Below, piece after piece: positions 1 to 9,052 of a stretch of DNA of 64,000 nucleotides (its first letter is position 1; each line of letters begins with the position of its first letter). Position numbers and translations under genes: made by a program. The stretch is from a virus. Under the pieces are notes generated by a model that saw only the letters and a program-made list of their open reading frames with translations, did no database searches and was not told the origin of the DNA. The DNA lies in IMG/VR virus record IMGVR_UViG_3300025010_000055, positions 2,970 to 66,969 of that record; one strand, 5' to 3'.

Positions 1-437
1 AAGCCATTATAGGGTATTTGTATAACTATTTTGGTGTTAGTAAGGAAATTATAACTCATACCGCTAGTGAGTTGCAGTATGAGCAGTTTATCGACAATAC
101 GATTAAACCGTATGCTTGGCAGATTGAGGAAGAACTTACTTACAAATTGTTTTCGGATACGGAGATATATCACGGCAACCGGGTTTATTCCGAACTGGTT
201 GACTTGGAAATTAGCACGTTATCAGCAAAAACAGCGTTTTACAAAGAAATGGTTTATGGAACAATAATGAGCCGTAACGAAATCAGAAAACGCCTGGGCC
301 TCCCTAAGGGCCCGCCTGAGTTGGACAAGTTTCTTGAAAATAAAAACTTCCAGGTGCTAGGTGCAGGGAGTTATATTGTTGAGGGAGGTGATACGGATGG
401 AGAAGGAAAAGAAGTCCCCGCTGGCACTGTTGAATAG
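1..437 (+). CDS. Phage portal protein, HK97 family, C-terminal part (5' end outside window)
   Basis: IKPYAWQIEEEL...MSRNEIRKRLGLP is a typical HK97 portal C-terminus; lies directly upstream of the protease and capsid genes. Confidence 0.85.
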   Translation, partial: AIIGYLYNYFGVSKEIITHTASELQYEQFIDNTIKPYAWQIEEELTYKLFSDTEIYHGNRVYSELVDLEISTLSAKTAFYKEMVYGTIMSRNEIRKRLGLPKGPPELDKFLENKNFQVLGAGSYIVEGGDTDGEGKEVPAGTVE

Positions 438-1020
438 AAAGCGGGTGCAGTTTGATGATGACAGGTCTAAATTCAGAGCGATAACAGAGGAAGTTGACGG
501 ACAGAATGTTAGACGGTTAAGGGGTTACCCGATTCTGTTTAATGTTCCAGGCAAGCCGCGCAGACAAAGCCCATGGGTAGAAATAGTTAATCAAAATGCT
601 TTAGTTGGCGTTGATTTGTCAAAGCTGGTTATGTTATTTGATCACAACACTACTTGGGTATTAGGTAGGGTAGGCAAGAACATGCGGGCCGAGGTGGACG
701 CTACCGGGTTGTTTGTTGAAGTAACTTTGGGCAACACATGGATCGATGACTATGTATTTGATAGGGTGAGTCGTGAGATTGTGGATGGAATGAGTTTTTG
801 GTTTGATAGCAAGGCTGTTATTGCAACCAACTGGGAAACCAAGACGGATATTATTATGCAGATAAATGAGATTTACGAGGTGTCTGTGCTGGTATTCCCT
901 GCCTACGAGGATACTATTGTAGTCGCACAGGACGAACCAGCTCCTGACCCGGTGCCTGACGATGCCGCAGAAATTGAGGCTAAGAAAATGGCTTTAATTA
1001 GCCTGATTAGCCAGTTATAA
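397..1020 (+). CDS. HK97-family prohead protease
   Basis: MLFDHN..VLGR, GLFVE, GMSFWF, IYEVSVLVFPAYEDT motifs; ATG at 397 follows RBS GGAGGTG. Confidence 0.9.
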   Translation: MEKEKKSPLALLNRKRVQFDDDRSKFRAITEEVDGQNVRRLRGYPILFNVPGKPRRQSPWVEIVNQNALVGVDLSKLVMLFDHNTTWVLGRVGKNMRAEVDATGLFVEVTLGNTWIDDYVFDRVSREIVDGMSFWFDSKAVIATNWETKTDIIMQINEIYEVSVLVFPAYEDTIVVAQDEPAPDPVPDDAAEIEAKKMALISLISQL

Positions 1021-1048
1021 AAAATTTAATCCACAGGAGGACAACGAA

Positions 1049-2272
1049 TTGCTTACAAAAATTAGCGCAAAAGAAGCCGCAGAACTTAAGCGGGAAAAAA
1101 CGATGATTGAAGAAAAACGGCTGGCCCTGAAAGAGCAGGTTAAGAATCACAGGGGCATGTCTACTGAGGAACTGAACGAAACAGCCGAGAACCTCAGAAG
1201 CCTGTCCGATCGTATGGATGAAATTAACGAAAAGCTGAAGGCTGGTCATCAGGAGCAGCAGCGCAGCAGACTGCCGGGTCCTGGTAGTAGGAATAACGAT
1301 ATCACCCAGGAAAACTTCCGTTCCAGCGCCCAATACCGGGATGCTTTCTACCGTAGTTACGTAAGCAGCAAGATCAGTGAAGCCGATGCAGAAATTATGT
1401 CCTTCGGTAAACGCGCAGTCACAGACATGAATGGTGGTAGCGTTACGAGTGGCGCCGAGTACCTTGTCCCCCAGACCACCCTTGACCGAGTATATGCAGT
1501 AATACAGCAGTATGGCCGTCTTTACTCTGCCATTACCAAATTTGGATTCACCGGTGACGTGTCTCTGCCTATTGGTACAACTGGGGCGCCGACAGAAAAT
1601 GCGGACGGAACAGTTACTCTTAACTTTACAATTACGGAAGTTAAAATTAACCAGCAGGCTGTTGTTGCTACTATCATTGTTAAGAACCTGTTACTCAAAA
1701 ACAGCATTCCAGCATTCGAACAGTATCTGGCAATGGAAATCGGTAAGTACATCGGGTTGCTACTTGAAAACTATGTTTTAAACGGATCGACAGTTACGTC
1801 CACTTTCCAGGGTATTATCACTGCGATCAAAGCGGCCAGCGCAGACAATGAATACACTAATATGGACTGGCGGCAACTATCCGAAATCCTTGCAGATGTT
1901 GAAAGCCCCTATGGTGATAACGGAAGTTGGGTAATGAAACGGTCAACTTTTTTCCGTGAATTTTTTGCCATGACTGATGCTGCAGGTAAACCGCTTGTAA
2001 CAATAAACCCGGTGCAAGGTGGACCTGGTCAGTCTAATTTCCTAATAGTTGGTCAGCCTGTCATTTTCACGTCTCAAATGCCTGATACTGACTCAATTCT
2101 GTACGGTGATCTTAGTACCTACGTCGTAAATGAGTCCGAGCAATTTATGATCGAGTCGAACACGTCTGAAAAGTTTAGTGAAGATAAGACGGTTTGGCGC
2201 GGCAAGGTATATTCAGGTGGTAAGCCGCTGTTTGCTACAGAAACATTCACTTACTACAAGAAAGCATCGTAA
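1049..2272 (+). CDS. Major capsid protein, HK97 fold, with N-terminal coiled-coil delta domain
   Basis: GAEYLVPQT, VLNGS, GQPVIFTSQMP, ILYGDLS motifs; TTG start after GGAGG. Confidence 0.9.
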   Translation: MLTKISAKEAAELKREKTMIEEKRLALKEQVKNHRGMSTEELNETAENLRSLSDRMDEINEKLKAGHQEQQRSRLPGPGSRNNDITQENFRSSAQYRDAFYRSYVSSKISEADAEIMSFGKRAVTDMNGGSVTSGAEYLVPQTTLDRVYAVIQQYGRLYSAITKFGFTGDVSLPIGTTGAPTENADGTVTLNFTITEVKINQQAVVATIIVKNLLLKNSIPAFEQYLAMEIGKYIGLLLENYVLNGSTVTSTFQGIITAIKAASADNEYTNMDWRQLSEILADVESPYGDNGSWVMKRSTFFREFFAMTDAAGKPLVTINPVQGGPGQSNFLIVGQPVIFTSQMPDTDSILYGDLSTYVVNESEQFMIESNTSEKFSEDKTVWRGKVYSGGKPLFATETFTYYKKAS

Positions 2273-2301
2273 GGAGGGGGTAAAACCCCTTCTTAGTTTT
2301 T
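2271..2301 (+). terminator. Intrinsic terminator after the capsid gene
   Basis: TAAGGAGGGG...CCCCTTCTTA stem followed by GTTTTT. Confidence 0.6.
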
Positions 2302-2322
2302 CAGTATACGAGGAGGTAAGGT

Positions 2323-3615
2323 ATGAGTAAATATCATCCAAAATTCGATAACTATATACCGTCCGATGTACCCGGAAGAAAAGTTGAAAGGTCGTATTTA
2401 GCCCACTTCCAAGTCTCTGCCGCCGACGCCGTTGCCGCAAGCGCAGCAGGCGTATTGACCGCGACTAATCTTGGCGCGGCGGCAGAGACAAAAACAACCG
2501 GAATAACTAACCCGGCAGTCCCACGGGGACTGTCGATAGTAGGTAATGTGTCCGGCATAACCGGGAATGTGGTGGTGACGGGTACTAACTACGCCAAAGA
2601 AGCTATGACAGAGACATTAGCGCTGAACGGTACTGCAACCACACACGGAAACAAAGCCTTTAAAACCGTAACCAGCGTTGCTTTGCCAGTGCAGGTGCAT
2701 ACACCGGTGGCTCAGGTAGAAACGGCCACAGCAGCCGGTACGGTAACCACAGCAGGTAATGCCTCCGTGGTAGTTACTGCCGCGGGGATGACTGGCTCGC
2801 CAAAAACAATAGCCGTCCCCGTGACTGGTACCTGCCAGGTTGAAACAGCAACCGTTGTCGGCACTATCGGCGCAGCCGGACAAGGTAATGCTACTGTTGT
2901 AGTGACTGCTGCAGGTATGACGGGATCGCCTGTCACTCTGGCTGTTGCTGTAGCCAATAACGACACCGCCGCGCAGGTGGCCGGTAAAATTAAGACAGCC
3001 ATGGGCCTTGACGCGGGCATAGCCGCATTTTTCACTGTTGGCGGATCTGACGCTGCAATTATCCTGACAAGAAAAGCCGCCACTGCTAACGATGCCACCA
3101 TGAACGTTGCGATAGACAACGGCACCTGTACCGGCCTGACTGCAGCGCCTACGTCCGAGAATACCACCGCTGGGGTAGTTGGTGACGATGCTTCGGGTAT
3201 TGCTGGTAAAATTAGAACTGCTTTAGCTGCTGATACAGCAGTAGCAGCGCTGTTTGCAGTATCCGGTGCCACAGATAAAGTTATCTTGACCAAGCTAACA
3301 CCTGCCGCAAACGATACCTCTCTAAATATCGCCATTGCGGATGACACATCTGTTGGCGTAACCACTGCCGCCAGCAGCGCAAATACTACGGCAGGGGTGC
3401 CGTATGACATTGTGAGCGTTGGTTGGAATGATAAGCTGGGACTGCCGTATCAGTTGACACGCAATACCATTATCCCGGGCCTGACGTTTTTGGATAATAC
3501 CAGGGAAGCCACGGAGCCAACAGTAACCGTAAGCGCGACGGCATTGGAGTCTAACGCAATAGATTTAAACAGCGCTCTTGATGGTACAGCGGTTGATGTC
3601 TACCTGGTGGTATAA
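2323..3615 (+). CDS. Ala/Thr/Val-rich virion protein, probable head decoration or fibre, with a nested duplicated domain
   Basis: Position after capsid; QVETAT...VVVTAAGMTGSP and ...NTTAGV each occur twice. Confidence 0.6.
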   Translation: MSKYHPKFDNYIPSDVPGRKVERSYLAHFQVSAADAVAASAAGVLTATNLGAAAETKTTGITNPAVPRGLSIVGNVSGITGNVVVTGTNYAKEAMTETLALNGTATTHGNKAFKTVTSVALPVQVHTPVAQVETATAAGTVTTAGNASVVVTAAGMTGSPKTIAVPVTGTCQVETATVVGTIGAAGQGNATVVVTAAGMTGSPVTLAVAVANNDTAAQVAGKIKTAMGLDAGIAAFFTVGGSDAAIILTRKAATANDATMNVAIDNGTCTGLTAAPTSENTTAGVVGDDASGIAGKIRTALAADTAVAALFAVSGATDKVILTKLTPAANDTSLNIAIADDTSVGVTTAASSANTTAGVPYDIVSVGWNDKLGLPYQLTRNTIIPGLTFLDNTREATEPTVTVSATALESNAIDLNSALDGTAVDVYLVV

Positions 3616-3884
3616 TGACAGACATGGAACTGCTAGAAAAGGTCAAGGCCGGGTTGGGTTTGTCTGGTGAGTATACGGATCCGGCCATACTGCCGAAGGT
3701 GTTGGCTACCAAAGGCTACATGGTCAACGCTGGGGTTACGGTAGAGCAGGTAGAATCGGATTTAGGCATAGTCTGCCTGACGGTGGGCGTGAATGACCTA
3801 TGGAACCTAACAAGCGGGGAAGTAAAATTTAGCCCCGCTTTTGATATTATTTTATGGCAATTGAAGGCGGTGAGTATGCCATAG
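3615..3884 (+). CDS. Head-tail connector (gp6/gp15-like)
   Basis: 89 aa helical protein starting LLEKVKAGLGL; synteny. Confidence 0.7.
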   Translation: MTDMELLEKVKAGLGLSGEYTDPAILPKVLATKGYMVNAGVTVEQVESDLGIVCLTVGVNDLWNLTSGEVKFSPAFDIILWQLKAVSMP

Positions 3885-5329
3885 CTAAGATTGATAACAT
3901 GACCCCTGGAACGGGCAGGAGATTGAAAGAAGACAGCACGACGGTTAACATTGCGGATAAGATAGAGGCCATAGCCGAGGCCTTGGATCTATCGACGCTG
4001 GCAACTAAGGATAACCAGGACGCTCAAACTTCTGCCCTAAACGATATACTGGAACAGCTTGAAATAGGTAATGCTCCTAACATATTAAGAAACACTGGTA
4101 AAAACCCTCCCGTTGGGGTTATTTTAGGCGCAGCCGGGACATATGAGTCAGACTCCATTGACAGACCAAATCAAAATATACCCGTAGGTCAAACAAGAGT
4201 ATGGGTATATGCAGATCAATCCGGTACTCTGAATCTTCGGGAATCGCATAATGGAACTAATTGGACGACAACTAATTCTTTGTCTATATCTGCCGGAATA
4301 ACCAATATAATGAACTGGTTTAAATTGACCCGTAGATATGCCAAGATTGAATACGTTAACGGTGGTGTAGCGCAAACAGAGTTTATTGTATTGCAATATT
4401 TCCTTGGCGTTGGAGTAACCATTATAAAAGCAGAGGATGGAGATATCGTCAGTATTGGTAGTAAAGCAGATGCTGCTGTTACAGATCCTACTTTGTCTGG
4501 TAGTGAGATTGCATTATTAAAGGGTTTGCTGACAAAAATAAATACTATTATCGACGGTACTACCCCTGCTACTACCGTACTAACGGCAGGAAATAATTTC
4601 GTTGGAACTGTTAGTATATCCCCTGAATCTGACGGGAATATCCTACAGGTGAATAGTGACGGTTCTATCAATGCCCAACTAATTGGTACAGACCCCAATA
4701 GTGGATCGTCTGTACAGCAGAGCATTGTCGATATGGAAGGATTTGGTGTTGCTCCTGTCCAGATCAGAGGGAGTAATCAAGTCGGGGGAACAATGGATGC
4801 CAGTGTTGTAGATGTTGACACAGACGCTGAAAATATACATGGTGCGGTATCTGTGTCGTGGAGAAAATCAGGTGTCGGCGCTCCAGAATTTGGTACAGAT
4901 GCTAACCCTGTCGCTATCAAACTAACTGGTAGTATACCTTCGGGAAATAATACGGTTGGAAATATCGGCATAAACGCTGGTTCTAATTTAATCGGAAAAA
5001 CTGCAAACAATTTTCAGGAAAGAGTGTTTAACTTGATTGTTGGGGCAGGTGCAACAGTAACAAGTGACACCTACCAACTTGAAGGAAGAAAATTAGTAGG
5101 AATTTTTATTACAACAGGAACGGGAACAACGTATACACTGAGAATACGATACCTGAAAGCAAATGAAGCAGCTCCATATGGTCAGACGGATGTTGTAACT
5201 TCAAAAACTGGAGCTAATTCATTTGATGTATATACTACAGGGTGGGAAGCTTCATTTTATCGTTTAGCTATTACTGATATTGGTGGTGCTGGTTTTACGG
5301 CAACAATTAACTTAAAGGAGAGAGATTAA
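3854..5329 (+). CDS. Putative virion accessory or fibre protein with an AT-rich, probably variable C-terminal domain (true start may be a few codons downstream)
   Basis: 491 aa ORF in the head-tail region; beta-rich; repeated xLxGS-like motifs. Confidence 0.5.
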   Translation: MAIEGGEYAIAKIDNMTPGTGRRLKEDSTTVNIADKIEAIAEALDLSTLATKDNQDAQTSALNDILEQLEIGNAPNILRNTGKNPPVGVILGAAGTYESDSIDRPNQNIPVGQTRVWVYADQSGTLNLRESHNGTNWTTTNSLSISAGITNIMNWFKLTRRYAKIEYVNGGVAQTEFIVLQYFLGVGVTIIKAEDGDIVSIGSKADAAVTDPTLSGSEIALLKGLLTKINTIIDGTTPATTVLTAGNNFVGTVSISPESDGNILQVNSDGSINAQLIGTDPNSGSSVQQSIVDMEGFGVAPVQIRGSNQVGGTMDASVVDVDTDAENIHGAVSVSWRKSGVGAPEFGTDANPVAIKLTGSIPSGNNTVGNIGINAGSNLIGKTANNFQERVFNLIVGAGATVTSDTYQLEGRKLVGIFITTGTGTTYTLRIRYLKANEAAPYGQTDVVTSKTGANSFDVYTTGWEASFYRLAITDIGGAGFTATINLKERD

Positions 5330-5330
5330 T

Positions 5331-5597
5331 TTGCAAATAATTGATAGTTTACCAAAAGATTTAATGGACGAAACACAAGTAATATTGCCGTGTGCAGGTA
5401 TAGATGATGAAGATAATTGCATGGAAGGTACAGCTAGTATTGATTTTATAGTTTTGAAATTTCAGATTGACGGAAAAGAAAAACCTCTTTCAGAAGATGA
5501 CTTGCAAAATATATATAATATTTGCGACAGTATGGGTGTATATGGAGAGCCGTGGAGTCGTAGTTGGTCAATTTGGAGAGAACAAGGACTTGCCTAA
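5331..5597 (+). CDS. Hypothetical acidic protein
   Basis: TTG start after AAGGAG; adjacent to the upstream gene. Confidence 0.6.
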   Translation: MQIIDSLPKDLMDETQVILPCAGIDDEDNCMEGTASIDFIVLKFQIDGKEKPLSEDDLQNIYNICDSMGVYGEPWSRSWSIWREQGLA

Positions 5598-5689
5598 CTA
5601 ACGAAGGTGCGAATTTTAGGTATATAGTTATTTAGTTAGTTGCGATAAGACTCGATATATGGTATAATTAATGACAAATAATCATAAAG

Positions 5690-6532
5690 GTGGTTTTTGT
5701 TATTAATATACTCGAATCGTGGCCTAGATATGAGAGAGATAAGAAATTTCTCAATTATTCGCCGCATACACTAAAGGCATATAAGATACAATGCCGACTT
5801 TTATTTTCAATGCGTTAGGTAAAAACCCCCGACTTCCAGTCGGGACAGCTTTAGCATAAATGGTTGGTGGTATAGTCCATGAAGCATCGGAAAAATCACT
5901 ACATGGTGAGTCCATGTGTTGTAGTTGGTTTTGCGGTAGAAATGCCACTAGGCTACTTATAGATGCTCGCTCTGAAATTGTGAGAAACCTCCCACTACTC
6001 GTAGAAATGCCACTAGGCTACGTATAGAGCCAAGCTTTAAAAATCTACCGATAACATACAGAGTTGCGGTTTAGTATGGTCTGCAAGTTTCAGTTGCAAG
6101 CTTAAGTCTGCTTTAGCAAGAGGACTTCCAGATGACTTTAGTCTTAATTGCGACTTCCAGTCGCTTTTCGAACCCCTGCACTTCTAGTGCAGGGTCGTTG
6201 AGTTTAATTCAAAATGTCTCTTTTGGCTTAAAAAATACGTCGAACTAAGAAACGATAATAGTCCTGCCCTATTTGTTACTGACCGCGCCCCAAGACGTAT
6301 GAGTATAGCGCGTATGAGAGAAATAATTAAGGCGGTTGCTATTCGTGCGGACATTGAAGCAAGTGTCTATCCCCACAGATTAAGACATTCTTATGCCACT
6401 CATTTATTGGACAATGGTGCCCCAATGGAGGCGATACAGCAACTTATGGGGCACGCCAAGCAGGAAACAACCCAAGTGTATGCTCAGCTTTCCGGTGAGC
6501 GCAGAAAAGAATTATATAAGAGGTATTTTTAG
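5690..6532 (+). pseudogene. XerD-like tyrosine recombinase, interrupted by a 398-bp element and lacking its central part
   Basis: N-terminal ESWPRYERDKKFLNYSPHTLKAYKIQCRL before 5805; FNSKCLFWLKKY...YPHRLRHSYATHLLDNG...LMGH...TQVY after 6202. Confidence 0.85.
5805..6202 (+). mobile_element. Non-autonomous IS200/IS605-type element (PATE/MITE-like), copy 1
   Basis: 398 bp; appears identical to the reverse complement of 38542-38939; preceded by TTTAT; subterminal hairpins CCCGACT-TCC-AGTCGGG and CCCTGCAC-TTCTA-GTGCAGGG; no terminal inverted repeats, no target duplication, no transposase. Confidence 0.8.
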
Positions 6533-6555
6533 CCGCCTTTGGGCAGCTGCGGGAG

Positions 6556-6897
6556 GTGAACACAGTGAAAGTAAAAAGACTTCCCCACGGAATCAAGCTA
6601 CAAAAACTAGCAACGCCAGCGACAAAAGGTAGGCTTGGCGGCGAAGTCAAGGTTTGGGAGGATTACGCGACTGTGCTGGCTTTCGTTCAGCCTCTCAATG
6701 GCCGTGAGTATTTTGCAGACAAACAGGTACAGGCCGAAACGTCGCACAAAGTAACTATGTGGTATCAGCCTGGTATCACCTCAGAGATGAGGGTAATTTT
6801 TGGCGGTAAGGTGCTTGAAATTGAATCTGTGATTAATATCGATGAGCGAAATATTGAACTGCAGTTGATGTGTGTCGATAAAGGTGGGGTTGTGTAA
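6556..6897 (+). CDS. Head-closure protein (SPP1 gp16-like)
   Basis: WEDYATVLAFVQPLNGREYF...MRVIFGGKVLEIESVINIDE. Confidence 0.85.
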   Translation: MNTVKVKRLPHGIKLQKLATPATKGRLGGEVKVWEDYATVLAFVQPLNGREYFADKQVQAETSHKVTMWYQPGITSEMRVIFGGKVLEIESVINIDERNIELQLMCVDKGGVV

Positions 6898-7376
6898 TGG
6901 CGCGTAGGAGAAGTAGGACAGGTGGCAGGGCCAGCACACAGGCGGTCATCACGGGTGAGTCTGAACTGATGGACAGACTAAACTCTATGTCCGACGATCT
7001 TAAAAAGAATATTACAAAAGAGGCACTCATGGCTGGTGCTAAAGTTGTTAAACGAGAAATGTCGGCAAAAGCAAGGGGTAGCATAGCGCAGTCCATCGAA
7101 ATTGAATTTTCTGACACTACAGGTATACCGACAATAAGAATAGGCCCGGACAAGGAGCACTGGTATGCTGCTTTTCAAGAGTTTGGCGCGGTGCCGCATA
7201 CAGTAAAAATTAACTCCAAGCAGATTTTATCCGATGGCGGAGATTTTTTTGGGCGCGAAATACGGCACCCGGGCCTAACAAAAAAACCTTTTGTCAGGCC
7301 CGCCATCGATGACCATGAAGCAGAAGTGAAAACGGCAATGATGGCAGTCATTCGCAGACGCCTGGGGGTGACGTAG
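6897..7376 (+). CDS. HK97 gp10-family tail completion protein
   Basis: WYAAFQEFG...KPFVRPA motif. Confidence 0.85.
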   Translation: MARRRSRTGGRASTQAVITGESELMDRLNSMSDDLKKNITKEALMAGAKVVKREMSAKARGSIAQSIEIEFSDTTGIPTIRIGPDKEHWYAAFQEFGAVPHTVKINSKQILSDGGDFFGREIRHPGLTKKPFVRPAIDDHEAEVKTAMMAVIRRRLGVT

Positions 7377-7753
7377 TGGGATTGATAGAGGATTTTTATA
7401 CCAGACTGTCAACGTATCCTGGTTTGGTTGCTCTGATAGGCGACAGGATATATCCCGTAGAAGCGCCACAGGGCGAGAAAAGGCAATATTGCGTATATGA
7501 GCAGGTTTCCGGTGGTAGAAGATACTCACACAGCGGATACAGCAACCTGCAACGGCCAAGGATGCAGGTTAGTTGCTATGCTGAGACATATGAAGCAGCG
7601 AAAGATATTGCTGCTCAGGTTACGGCAGCGCTGGAAAGTTGGTTTACCTTGAAAACTGGTGGAAACAGACAGCAAAATGAAATTGATATGATTGACCCGG
7701 CAACGGGTCTAAAAGTTGTCGTCGTCGATTTTTTTATTTGGTATAAGGGATAA
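7376..7753 (+). CDS. Tail terminator (DUF3168-like)
   Basis: LIGDRIYPVEAPQ...RMQVSCYA; synteny. Confidence 0.8.
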   Translation: MGLIEDFYTRLSTYPGLVALIGDRIYPVEAPQGEKRQYCVYEQVSGGRRYSHSGYSNLQRPRMQVSCYAETYEAAKDIAAQVTAALESWFTLKTGGNRQQNEIDMIDPATGLKVVVVDFFIWYKG

Positions 7754-7775
7754 AATTAAAGGAGTGATAAATCAG

Positions 7776-7964
7776 ATGGAAGGTAAAAAACCACCTAAAT
7801 TAATGTTTGTAAGCGAAGATGGTTTTAGGGCTGAATTATTTATTGACGGCATTAAGGTTACAGGAGCAAAGGCAATACGAATAAACGCCTGCTATAACGA
7901 TCCTGTAGAGCATGAAGTTACTTATGCATCAGCGCATTGTGGAGAAAAAGCATTTAAGGAGTGA
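7776..7964 (+). CDS. Small hypothetical protein
   Basis: ATG after AAGGAGTG; lies between tail terminator and tail tube. Confidence 0.5.
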   Translation: MEGKKPPKLMFVSEDGFRAELFIDGIKVTGAKAIRINACYNDPVEHEVTYASAHCGEKAFKE

Positions 7965-7971
7965 TACATAA

Positions 7972-8688
7972 ATGACAGAAGCTAACGCAGCTTTTGGAAC
8001 TGAACTATCAATTGACAGTGTAGATATAGCCGAGTTGACGAATATTGGCGGTGTAAATATTGCTATGGATACCATTGACGTCACGAACCATAACAGCGCT
8101 GATGCTTACCGAGAATTTATTGGCGGTTTGGTAGATGCCGGCGAGGTATCAGTGGAGGGTAATTTTTATCCTGGCGATGCAGGGCAAGTAGCACTGTTGA
8201 CAGCTTTAAATTCAAGAACAGCAAAGCCCTTTGTAGTAACTTTTCCGGAAACAGTTGGGGCAGCGTGGTCTTTTAATGCCCTAGTAACTAGCTTTATGGC
8301 TGCAGATGCTCCAATTGATAGTGCACTACCTTTTAGCGCAAGCTTAAAGATTACAGGAAAGCCGACATTAACCGTAAATGCATCAACAGGGTTGACAACG
8401 CCGTTCTTTGCAGTATCAGGTGCAGGTACAGTAATTGTTCCGGCAGCTTCTGGTAGTGTCTATGACTATGTGGTCAATATTGCTACCGGCGTAAGTTCCG
8501 TAACCATTACCCCGACCGCTGCAGCAGGAGTCATAACGGTAGACGGCAATGTAGTAGCAACGGGAGTGGCGTCTAGTGCTATTGCGTTGGGTGCAGCAGG
8601 TAGTATAACAGAGGCCGTTATTGTAGTGCAGGAAACTGGTAAAACAGCTAAGACATACACCTTGCAACTCGTCAGAGCTGCAGGTTAG
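7972..8688 (+). CDS. Major tail tube protein with a C-terminal Ig/cadherin-like domain
   Basis: DTIDVT...YREFIGGLVDAGEV, FSASLKITGKPT; C-terminal SSVTITPTA...KTYTL beta-sandwich. Confidence 0.85.
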   Translation: MTEANAAFGTELSIDSVDIAELTNIGGVNIAMDTIDVTNHNSADAYREFIGGLVDAGEVSVEGNFYPGDAGQVALLTALNSRTAKPFVVTFPETVGAAWSFNALVTSFMAADAPIDSALPFSASLKITGKPTLTVNASTGLTTPFFAVSGAGTVIVPAASGSVYDYVVNIATGVSSVTITPTAAAGVITVDGNVVATGVASSAIALGAAGSITEAVIVVQETGKTAKTYTLQLVRAAG

Positions 8689-8698
8689 GAGGTAAATC

Positions 8699-9052
8699 GT
8701 GAGTAAATTTTCAAAAAGTAAAACCGTTGCCGTTATTGACATTGAATTGGATAAACACAGGAAACTTAAATATACCAACGGAGCCTTGCGTAAATTCCAA
8801 GAAGTAACCGGCAGGAAAGCGCTTAAGTTAAAGCAGGATGAATTTGCTGACTATATTAGCGAACTCATTTGGTGTGGATTGCTGCATGAGGATAAGGAGT
8901 TGACCATTGAACAGGTTGACGAAATGATAGGTCCAAGTAATTCTCATTACGCTATGGGCAAGATGGCAGACGCTTGGGATGTGGCCATGCCGGAACCGAA
9001 GGAACCAGCGGAAGGAAACACAGACCCTTTACTGGAGAACCTCCCGACCTAG
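8699..9052 (+). CDS. Tail assembly chaperone (gpG-like)
   Basis: Position between tube and tape measure; slippery CCCTTTA at 9025-9031. Confidence 0.8.
   Translation: MSKFSKSKTVAVIDIELDKHRKLKYTNGALRKFQEVTGRKALKLKQDEFADYISELIWCGLLHEDKELTIEQVDEMIGPSNSHYAMGKMADAWDVAMPEPKEPAEGNTDPLLENLPT

Noticed and set aside
5751-5948. 65-aa minus-strand ORF as a transposase remnant
   Set aside because: No HUH or RuvC motifs; it runs out of the element into the recombinase N-terminus, so it is likely spurious
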